NCBI GenBank assembly: GCA_012295275.1
Contig: CM022679.1
Coordinates: forward strand, 1,984,001-2,048,000
Direction of reading: 5' to 3'
Source of the DNA: Chrysomallon squamiferum
Taxonomy: Eukaryota > Animalia > Mollusca
Length of the DNA: 64,000 nucleotides
Below the pieces are notes generated by a model, which saw only the letters and a list, made by a program, of their open reading frames with translations, was not told where the DNA came from and made no database searches. The first letter of the stretch is position 1. Every line of letters starts with the position of its first letter. The position numbers and the translations under genes are program-made. Shown here one piece after another: positions 1 through 12,081 of this stretch.

Positions 1-2209
1 TTAACATTATGTCTCTGCTGTCTGTGTATTTCATTCTCTGCTATAGAAAAACATTCATTCTTCTCATGCTTACAAGAAAGTGAAAACCTTTTGGGTGATG
101 GTCTTGTAAAAGAAATCTTTATAATCTGTAATATATAAATATTCTGTAGTTCTTTACTGTCTAAAATTAATATGGGATATTGTTGTAAAAGTTAAATAAT
201 GATCTTTGAGATGTCTTGCTATAGATTCTTTGTTTGTTGTTAGTTTTGTGAAATGTTAAATTTCTGTTTTATTAAGAAAGTGAATATTTGAATTGCGTGA
301 AACTGCTATTGTAAGCTATCTGATATTTTTGATAATAAATGTAGCTGACATGTTGGCTGTTTGCCATTTCTCTAACAAGTGTGTATGTACCCACTGCTAA
401 TTGACAAACCTATACAATACAGTATTATAAATAATTTATGTTTGTACAAACGTGTGTGTGTCTGGAGAAGAGGTATACTTCAGTGTTTGTTTCAGTATGA
501 TTGTGTAGGTAATGAATGAAAATGTTTCTGTTTATATTATATTACAGGGTGTATGTATGTGTGTTAGGTTTGTGTGAGTGTGTGTCTAGATATGTTAATT
601 TTTCAGTATAATGGTGTAGGTAGTAAATGAAAATGTTTCTGTTTATATTTTATACTGTTCATTATATTACAAGGTATGTCTGTATATAAGTGTAGGTGTG
701 TGTGTGTGTGTGTTGTTGTGTGTGTCTGTGTGTTTTTATGCATTTTTATATGCAAATCATCACACCACAGTGACAAATTAAAAGGTTCATTTTTTTAATT
801 ATTATTTTATTATTTTAATTTAATTTTTTTTTTTTTTTTTTGACAATTAAAGAGACAATACAGTGGGTGCTGCAGTGGCTGATGTTGTCAGATTAACAAT
901 TTAACAGTTGCTGCATTGTTTAATTACTCACACTGGAACAATTCCTCCTTGTTTACATACAGCTTCCATGGTGATTATTTTCAGGTCAAGAAAAATCAAT
1001 ATGTAGACAGTAAAACATTTTGTTTTCGTTTTGTTCTGTTACGAGAGCTGAGAACTTGAAAACCTTTGGTGCAGAGTTTTCTTATTTTCACTGGATTCAT
1101 ATTTCAGTGGGTTCAGTTATTAAAAACATGAATTAACTGAAAACTGTTAACAGTTCAGTAGTGTAAAGACATTTACACACTGTCTATAGTGTATCTATGC
1201 CAGAAGGGCATGAACACAAAATGGATATTTTTAACACTGTTATGTTCAGATTTCTAATGGACATTGCTGTGTTGATTTACAAAAAGAAAATTATTTGTTC
1301 CTGTGTGTTTGATGTAGAATACTGCAGGTAAAAATTTCACAGATTAGCTTAGACTGCTATAATGGTATATTTTCATGGCTTTTGTTTATGTCTGTTGTTT
1401 GTTTTTCAAGGTTGTCAGAATATTTTAGATGCGGTATAATTAGACAGAGATGAACTCTGTTGTATATTTGATTTTGTAATTAGACATTTTTAATTGTGTG
1501 TGTTTGTGTGTGTGTGTGGATGTGTATGCATTGTAGGCATGTGTGTGTTCTTAAAAATGTTAAATAAAAAAATGAATTAAATTTTTTAGATTAAAAACAT
1601 ATCTTTAAAAAAGAAATTATAATGAAAAGAAGCATTATGACTTGACACACTATTTTGTATTTGTGTAAAACCTTTGTGATTTTTTTTGTGGAAGTATGGA
1701 AATCATTAACAGGCAGTAAACAGATTTTTATGTTTTTCCTAGCTACAACATTAATATTTTTTTTAAATAAACCAAACCATCACTTTGTGAAAAAAATCTA
1801 ATTTTGTTTTAATTATTATTACTTTATTTTTAAAAAAAAAAAAAAAATTTATTTGTATAATTTTGTTTTATTTTATTATTTATTTATTTATTTATTTATT
1901 TATTAGTGTCCTTGATAAAATAATAATTTGTAATGACTACAGGTTGAGAATCACATTTTTGGAAATTCTAAAATCCATAAACTCTGTTTCATGCAGTTTT
2001 GAGGCTGTGTATCTAAGCAGTATATGATAAAACACAAATAAATGGATTCGTTATTTTGACTTGAGTCCAGTCGTCAAAATCACCTCATTATATTTTGAAA
2101 TCTGAGTCAGGTTTAGCCTGAAGGATTTTTGATGTAGGATGCTGAACCTGTGTTTACTGTTGTTGTCTTTCTTTCATATGGGTAATTAGAAATTTGTCAA
2201 CAATTTCAG

Positions 2210-5200
2210 ATAACTTTAAAATGCCAGAGAAGAATAATTCAAAGACTCCGAGGAAAGCAACGCGCTTGGCAGCACGACTGCATGCAACAGAGACTGACAC
2301 CTCTAAAAGGTGAGTTTACACTTTGTTCAGTTTGATGCTTTCCTGCTTTAACTGGTTTAGTTTTCTGTAAAACCATTCAAAACTCACTGACACCTAGTAA
2401 CTTACTAAAAAAACCTGTATTAATTAGCTCCATGTTTCATACTGTCATTTTAAAATCAACTTTGACATCTTATTATAAAAAATATATTGAGCTCTATATA
2501 ATTGTTTAGTGTTCCATACAGTCATTTTAAAATCAGGTTAGACATATAGTAACTTAATAAAAGACTCTCCTATGTTCCACTCAGTTTGTAGTATAAATCA
2601 TTTAATAAAGCAAACATTTTACAGTCTCACATAATGGGTGGAATGAAACATGCAGCTCTGGAGAGAAACTTAGAAGAGCAGTTGTCAGGAACTGTAAATC
2701 ATTTTTTTTTTTTTTTTTTTTTTTTTTATCATCATGTCATATTTTTGGATACATCTTGTTAAGATATTAAAATCCTTTCCCCTTTTTTTTCAGCTCAGAG
2801 CTTAAGATTTCGGCATCTCAGGAAAAGACAAGTTTAATTACACCAAGAAAGTCATCAGACAAGATGTCAGCCAGGTCAGTGAGTGAGAAGGAGGAGCCTC
2901 CTGCTCACCGCTCACACTCAGAATCTAGCAGCTCACCTCAGCGTGACAATCCAGACCAAGACGACAGATCTATGTTACAGAAACTGAAAGAAATGAAACA
3001 GAAGTGAGTAGCTTTTACTGGGTGTTTCATTCATTACTAAATAGTTCTTGCATAACAGTTGTGGATAGATCAGATCAACTGTATTTAAACTTATTAAATT
3101 TTAAACATTCTAGTTCAGCTTTTTAATGACATGAATCTTTTGAACTGAACATAAGTCCTCTTTATTAAATGTTTTATTATGTACTTTCTCTAGGTGAAGG
3201 TATGTATAAATAATTTAACACAAAAAATCTACTCAACCTGAGGACCCCCTTTCAAATTAACAGTGTTTTCTGTCCTATTCTGTCATTATCTTTTAAAAAC
3301 AGTTATGTTTGATAAATAGTTATTAACAATGCATTGTTGTTAACATGTGTTAAAATTTTAAACATATAAATATTATTAATTGCAGGGAACCTCAGAGGAA
3401 GAAAGATATTCCAACATGGCTGAAAGCTGGAGAAATTTCAGGTAACATCTAGTTTAATGATTTAAAAAAGTCCTATATAGTTATTTCATTTCTTAGTTCA
3501 TTTTATTAAATGTGTGTTCAAACCAGATAAATTTAATTATCTGAACACCAGAAGCAAACTGTAATTTATTTACCAATAAGTTGCTGAATGTGAAATACAT
3601 GTTTATTTATAAACGTAAATGGAATTAATATACATATACACAAACATGCATGCATACACATGAAGAAAGAAGAAAGTTTTAATTAAATAAAAAATTTTAA
3701 AACCTATAAAATATAATTATTACCATTTTAAAATGTCCATCATCATTAATTATCAAGCTGTTAGCAAAATACATAAACTTTATTGATTTGATTTCCATCC
3801 TTAAAGTAAAACACAAACAATTCTGTTATTTCTCTTGTTTCACATAGAAAACATGTCACAGACTGGAAACATAGCACAGACAGAAAACGGACGGACAGAA
3901 AGTCGTGGAGGCAAGAGCAGGCAAGCTGACCTTGACCTTGCTAATATGATAGTTGAGGAGTTGGAAGCATGGCCTCAGGCTGGGTAGATTTTGTGTTTAA
4001 CTTAGAGTGGTGTAATTCACCTCCCCCACAGTTCCACCCGATTCCACCTCTTGCACTGAGGGACTGTTTGGGTTGTGTTTTCAGCAGTCACTCACAGCAC
4101 ACAAATATTTCTGGGTGATGTTGTTTTGTATCACTCCACCCTTCCACTGAGTGACTGCTTCAAGTACAGATTTGTGTTACAGAATGTACACCTTTAACTT
4201 CATATCTCATTTGGCTTTTAATAGTTTTCAGTGAATGGGGCTGAGATTTATTTTTTACTAACAAAATATTCATCTTTTATCATTTATGTAACATAAGTCA
4301 GTCGTTGTTTGATCAGCATAAGATATCACTCAAAAGTCTGTAAAATAAATGTGAGTTTACATAATATAATGATAAGTCATGAATCAAGTCAGTTTTTTAT
4401 ATATAAATTTTCATTTCCTTCCGTTTCTTGTAAAATTTCATTTTTATTCTGTTGTAACCAAAAGTTTCTCATTATAATCATTAATTATCATGATTTGCCA
4501 ATTTCTAAAAATCCCTTTACTGCCAAATTAATTAAATTATTAATGTTTGAATGTTAGTTGGCACATCCAGTTAAGTTCAAAGACTATTATTATTAAGCAA
4601 TATCTAAATATATATATTTTTTTTTTTTACCCACAAATACTTATAAAATGGTTGCAATGGTTATAAAGTAATTCCGGTAGTTTGTTTTTGTTGGTTACAA
4701 CACACACTTATAACTGCATTCAACAAAGCTTGTTAATTTAGTTGAGTCATACAATATAGCAGTGAAACATTGTGCTCCTAACTTAACATCCATCTTTTTA
4801 TATATTCATAATAAAATAAGTGAAATCACAATAATGTCCATGATTTTATTTGAGTTGCCAAAAAAAATAAAATAAATAAAAATAATAAATAAATAAGTAA
4901 ATAAATAAATACTGCCAGTGTTAATTCTTTTGACTGCATGTCCCAGTTTTCTGTTACTGATGTATATCTTGTCTTCAGCAGCATAGAATTTCATTGTTAC
5001 TAGGAGATGGATTGTTTGTGTAGTTAGTCACAGACACAGCATAGAATGTATAGACTGATACACAATTTCACAGTTTTTGTGTTAATTTTATAATGACTAG
5101 AATCCAAATTGTTAGAATTTAAAAACTGCACCCCTCGGATCACACCTGACTAACAAAATCCTGTGAATACACAGTTTGAAGTGTGCACTCACTCACACAG

Positions 5201-7646
5201 ATAACATCTGGGTTTAGACTTGAATGGTTCCAGCTCACTCCAATCTGCTAGCACTGAGTTCTGTTTTTATCATCACTGAATAATTTTATACTGTTGTAAT
5301 TTTTAAATTAATGAATATATTACTACAAGAATTGTCAACAAATTAACATTACATCTCTATAAAGAGATATGTTCTTGGTTTTATAATTTCATGTTTTTAT
5401 TTATATCAACATGTTCTTCTAGGTAATTAAATTAATGTTAAATATGAATTACATTATTAAGTGACAAACATGAATATAAATTAAACATGAGTATTAACAG
5501 GTCTACTTTGGAAAGAACCATCAACAGCAGTAATGAAAGTAATTAAGTAAAACCACATCTCATTAGCTTCATCCAGAAAAGAATAAACATTTAATATATG
5601 AAAATCCTTTCTGCTAAATAATAAAATATCTCTTCCTTTTTTTTCAGATTAATTAAAGAGGTGCCTAGTCCAAGATCTGATAAGGGTAAAATTCTCTTTA
5701 GAAATGTTCATTAATTGCTAAATTTAAAAATTGTTATTTTATTAATTTTTATTAATTTTTATTAATCTGAGCTTTTCTGTTTTGTGTGAGTGCACTTGTG
5801 AGTGTGTGTGTCTGTGTGCATAAGAGAGATAGTAAGAGAGAGAGAGAGAGAGAGAGAAAGAGTAAGTAATTTAAGTATAAGTTAACAATACAAGTTTTTA
5901 GCATAACAAGACTTGGTTAAATTATACTTTATTTTTATTACTACTACTCCTACTATTCTTTGTCAGTTTGTTGTTGTTGTTGTTGTTATTAATTATTTTT
6001 ATTACTACTATCATTATTTTATTTATTATTATTATTACTATTGTTATTGTTGTTGCTATTATTATTATTGTTATTATTATTGTTATTATTATTAATAGGT
6101 GAAGAATTGGATGAAATAACTCCGATGCAGAAGATTCAGAAGAAGCGATCACAGTGGAAGAAAACACATGAGAATTTGGAGGAGGAGTGGGTGTGTCTCA
6201 ACTACTTCAACAAACAACAGAAGGGGCGACTGTCTGTCGACATGGGAGGTCTGTTCTGTCTGTCACTGATCAGTTTTATCACAGCTAAATTACTGTGGAT
6301 TTCAACAGCACTTTACTGATTTTATAGCAATTTAATCATCTTTCACTTTATCTCTCAGGTTTTTGTCTTAGCAGGTTCCATTGTATCCAATGAAATATGG
6401 AAATTTTCTTATGTATTTAAGTTTTTTTATTATAAAAAAATAATTTAAAATTTTAAAAAATAATAATAATTTAAATGATGATTTTATTGATAATGATATT
6501 TCAGATAATAATTTTGTTGACAAAAGACAATGATAATATTTCAGACGATGATTTTGTTGACAAAAGATGATAATATTTCAGATGATGATTTTGTTGACAA
6601 AAGATAATTTTTCAGATGATGATTTTGTTGACAAAAGATAATAATATTTCAGATGATGATTTTGATGAGTACCTAAGAGACATGGAGAAACCTTCTGCTT
6701 CGAAAATTTTAGATGTTAAAGATGAAGAATGGAATGATGAGTGAGTTTTATTATTTTATAAACTGCAATATTATTATTTTATTTCTTTTATAATATCTTT
6801 GTTTCATTTAGTTCCTAATATTAGTATTATGTTAAGAACAGCATTATTTTTTCTGTTTTAATTTTGTTTCACTTAAATGATATATTATTAGTGTTGTCAT
6901 TAATAATAACAACAATATTATTATTATTAATACTTTATTATTATATTTGTTAGTGTTACTTCATTTTAATATTATTGTCCTTACTTCAGTCCTTGTAATT
7001 AAACAGTTAACTATTTCATGAAATAATTGGATGTTTATCTGAAAGAGACCATTATTGGTTATTATTAGAGTCATCGTCAAATTGTAAAACACCTCAGTTT
7101 ATAATAAAGAATTTAAAATTGTTTAAACTGCAGTAAAACTCCTCAAAACCAAACATTACCATGTCCAAGAAAAAAGTTCATTATGGAGAGGTGTTTGATT
7201 TAGAGAGATTTATAATTTTAGTAAATCACAGTTTTGTGGGGATGTGGTTTGGAAAAGTTTCACTTGATTTTGTAAACAGTTTTTTTTTATTAAATGATTT
7301 TCTTTCAGGGAAGATGAGTTTGTGATCCCTGAACAGCCCTGTGGTAAGGAGTTAGTGATTAACATACTAACAACATGGGGGGATCGGCATTACGTCGGGC
7401 TCACTGGCATCGACATCTTCTCAACCTCCGGGGAAAGTGTCCCTGTCAAAAAGGTGTGATCAGTTTTATTTCCTATTTTTATTTCACATCTTCACCTTCG
7501 TATTTTACTAATCAGGTGACAACTTTTTGAAAGTTAATATAGTATTATAATAATAAAAATGAGTTTAGTAGCAGAAAAATTGATCATTATAAATATTTAT
7601 AACTTAAACTGTCTTTTATCCAGAACAGATTATTGTCAGAACTGAC

Positions 7647-7715
<69 letters not shown>

Positions 7716-10700
7716 TACTTGACACAACATTGTATCATCTGATCTTGATAAAAATAATAAAATAAGTTCAAATGTTTCTTAAAATTTAAAAATAACTTCA
7801 TGCAGGGATGTAATTAAGAATGTTTCACCATCAGAGTTTCCAGACCAATATTTTACTAACCAGTAAAGACAACAGTCATATATATTACTCATTAATTGTG
7901 TTAATTGTATTTTAAACACCTATTTAATATTTCAGAATAAATATATTTAATATTCTGCAGATAACAGCAAAGCCGCTTGACATCAATGAGCTAGAGGAGT
8001 ACAACAAAGACCCGCGTGTGATATCAAACATCATTGACGGTGTAAACAGGACTAGAGACGATGTTCACATGTGGCTGGCGCCGTTCACGCCAGGAAACAA
8101 TCATTGTGTGTTTTTGACATTTGACAAACCTCACAAGATAGCCATGATTAGATTCTGGGTGAGTAATCAATTCATGTTGTAAAATATAACATTTCTTCTT
8201 AATAAGGTTTCATTTAAAATCTCTTTATATAGAAGGTTCTTAATATTCTCTATCTTATTTTTTGGGTTTTTTTTAATTTTAATTTTAATTTTTTGTGCAG
8301 GGGGGAGGGAATGATAGAAACCTTTATGATCTATCAACAAATTTTATCAAAAATAAATCTATAATGTTACATTAAATCACAGTTTAATAATTGATATTGT
8401 TAAAAATGTTACAAAGATGTTGTAGTATTTAAATTACATAATTATTTGTTTTATTTAAATTACATATTTATTTATTTTATTTAAATTACATAGAATTAAT
8501 TTATTTAAAAAAAAGATGAGAAAGACTGAGATGTTAGAGTAGATTTATTTGGTCTGTCACTAGAACTATAACAAGTCTCGCATACACTCGTACCGGGGAG
8601 CCAGAGAAGTCGTCATGACGCTGGATGGAAAACAGATTTTCAAAGGAGAGATTGCCAGAGCTTGTGGAGGAATTGAAGGTGGCACAGAGGCATTCGGAGA
8701 TGTAAGTAAACAAACAAACAAACAAACAAATAAATAAATAAATAAAAATAAACAAAAAAATAAATAAGTAAACAAACATATAGATGAAGAAAGAAACAGA
8801 TAAACAAAATGTTTTTTCAAATAAACAAACAGACATTTAAATACAATTAATAAACAAAATATAAAGAAGAAATAAAGTAAATTAATTGTTAATTCATCGT
8901 ACGTATTATTGTGAATGTATAATTATACTATAAATAACCTGAATACATTATTTTATTCACTTTAGTAGTATTTTTACCTATTCTTTTTCTTTTTTTTTAG
9001 ACAATTTTGTTTACAACTGATGAGAATATTCTCGAGCTGGTGTCTAAGAATGACGAGGCGTTTGAAGGAGATATTTTTAGTAGTGATGAGGAGGATATTC
9101 CTTTTGAGCGACCCAGTACAGCAGACAACGACAGTGACGTTTGTATTCTCTTTGATATATTGTATTTTATAAACCTCTTACAGAATTGGACAGAAGAAAA
9201 ACATCAACAACCTGTTTAATAATCTCTCAACATGATTCATGGGTCTGACAGGAGAAAACATTAAAACCATAATATCTCAAAAATTTATTAACATTGCATT
9301 TATCAGATGTTGTAAATGTTTTACAAGCTTGAATCAGTTTTTAAGTACTTTCAAAAAGCTTTATTAAAGAGTGTATTGCTTGAACATTTCTTCACAGTGC
9401 ATTTATCAGATTTGTTCTGATTTTGGGTTGTATTTTATTTATTTAATTTTTTTATTATTATTATTTTTTTTTATCTGGTGAAATATTTCTGAAGTGTTTT
9501 ATTATTGCAGTACACAGTTGGAAACATCCTTCAGAATGTATTTATCAGTGTATTTTTAAATGTTTCCCAAGTTTAAATCATTTTTAAGATACGTTTGAAG
9601 AGTAATATTGCTACTGTATATTGTTATTAATTTTTAGGACAGACCCTTCACAAGAGCTGCGGGTGTTCCCCAGAAACCTGTCCCCACCACACCCAGACCA
9701 GGCACCAGCATCACAACCCTCGCTGGCGATGTTCTCGTTTATAAAGCGAGATGTATGTACAGACTTTTTATTGTTTAATACAACAACAATTCACTTCAAT
9801 GATACAGTGTTCACTTGTAAAATTTAAATTACTGAGGATTTATGTACATGAAGAATAAGACTTGTCATGTTTACAGCACTAGAGTTAAACTTCACTTTAT
9901 GTTTACAGCACTGGAGTTAAACTTCACTTTATGTTTACAGCACTAGAGTTAAACTTCACTTTATGTTTACATCACTAGAGTTAAACTTCACTTTATCAAA
10001 GTTTATGTTTACAGCACTAAAGTTAAACTTCACTTTATGTTTACAGCACTAGAGTTAAACTTCACTTTATGTTTACAGCACTAGAGTTAAACTTCACTTT
10101 ATGTTTACAGCACTAGAGTTAAACTTCACTTTATGTTTACAGCACTAGAGTTAAACTTCACTTTATCAAAGTTTATGTTTACAGCACTAAAGTTAAACTT
10201 CACTTTATGTTTACAGCACTAGAGTTAAACTTCACTTTATGTTTACAGCTCTAGAGTTAAACTTCACTTTATGTTTACAGCACTGGAGTTAAACTTCACT
10301 TTATGTTTACAGCACTGGAGTTAAACTTCACTTTATGTTTACAGCTCTATAGTTAAACTTAACTTTATGTTTACAGCTCTAGAGTTAAACTTAACTTTAT
10401 GTTTACAGCTCTAGAGTTAAACTTCACTTTATGTTTACAGCTCTAGAGTTAAATTTACAGCACTAGAGTTAAACTTCACTTTATCAAAGTTTATGTTTAC
10501 AGCACTAAAGTTAAACTTCACTTTATGTTTACAGCACTAGAGTTAAACTTCACTGCTACATGGGGAGACATGCACTACCTCGGGCTGACAGGACTGGAGA
10601 TTGTTGGCAAGGACGGTGACGCAATGCCACTCACGATGAAAATGATTTCAGCAAAACCTCGAGATCTGCACAGTCTTCCTGGTCACGAGAAAGATGACAG

Positions 10701-12025
10701 AACCCTCGACAAGTCAGTTACCTTTCAGTTTTATTTTTAAACAATTTCGTCTCTTTATTTTAGACCATTTATTGCTGTTTTGCACAAAATCCATCATTTT
10801 AGTAAACAGAAATCATTGAAAATGTGTCGACAGTTTGATACTGTTTGATTATTATTATTATTATTGTTTTGTTGTTGTTGTTGGTGTTATTGTTGTTATT
10901 ATTACTGTTATTATTTTATTATTATTACAGTTATTTTTATATTATTTTAATATTATTATTACAATTATTTTTACATTGTTATTATTATTTTGTTATCTTA
11001 TTATTACTGTTATTACCACTATTACTACTACTATTACTATTACTATTATTATTATTACTATTGTTGTGTGTACAGGCTGATAGATGGGGTGAACATAACA
11101 AGTTCAGATGAACACATGTGGCTGGTTCCATTCACAGAAGGTCAGGATCACACTGTCACTGTGAGTTTTACTCAACAGGTCCTGCTCACAGGACTCAGAC
11201 TATGGAACTACAACAAAAGTCCTGAAGACACATACAGAGGAGTAAGTGTTATATGTAGTTGTTTGTATGTAGGTCAGTCATTTATTTGGTGCTTATGAGG
11301 GGGATTGTGTATGGGGTGGATAGCTGTGTGTGGGTGGCCATTAGGTTTGCACTGGGGGATTGTATTTGTGTGTATTTGTGTTTGTGTGTTTGCATGTGTG
11401 TGTTTGTGTGTGTGTGTTTGTGTGTGTGTGTGTGGTGCATGAATATGCATATGGTCTGATAGGCTTTATAGTAATTTCTTGAGATATTTGAGAAATAGTG
11501 CAAGAGAGAGAAATAAGAAGGGAAAAGCTGATAGAAAGGAGAAGAAAGAAAGGTTTAAAAAATATTAGATTTAAATATATTAAGTTTTTTCATGTCAAGT
11601 AGTTTGAGGTAGTTTCATATAACATATTATTAGCATACAAATAAATTATTAGTCTTTTTTTTAAGCATGTATTATAAACAGTGACAAGATGACTGTTAAT
11701 ATTTAATATAGCATTATTAGTAACCGGCACTGTAATAAATATACTCGCATTGTATTTTTTATTTACTTCTATATATATATTAATTTGTTCATCCATCCAG
11801 TCATGTAAAATAATTTGTTGTTTCAGGCTCGAATTCTTCATGTAAAAGTTGACGGATGCCAGGTGTCGCCAGCAGACGGCTATCTGATCAGAAAAGGACC
11901 TGGCAACTGTCACTTTGACTTTGCCCAGGAAATCAACTTTCAGACATACCAGGCTCCACAAAACAGCTACCCTGTATCGTAAGTTAATTTTTGTTTTTAG
12001 TTTTTCAGTTTTTCTTTCATTTAGT

Positions 12026-12081
<56 letters not shown>

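Noticed and set aside
1-2209. Possible further KATNIP exons, and a ~110-bp local duplication (493-538 vs 604-649)
   Set aside because: No convincing phase-compatible open exon was found. The small duplication is ordinary intronic sequence.
5913-6167. Poly-Tyr/Leu/Ile ORFs here and at 10835-11111, 50227-50520, 62532-63054
   Set aside because: These are translations of (ATT)n/(GTT)n microsatellites. Only the parts overlapping true exons are coding.
9867-10554. CRISPR-like appearance of the 32-bp repeats
   Set aside because: Units are head-to-tail with no unique spacers, in a eukaryotic intron, with no cas genes.
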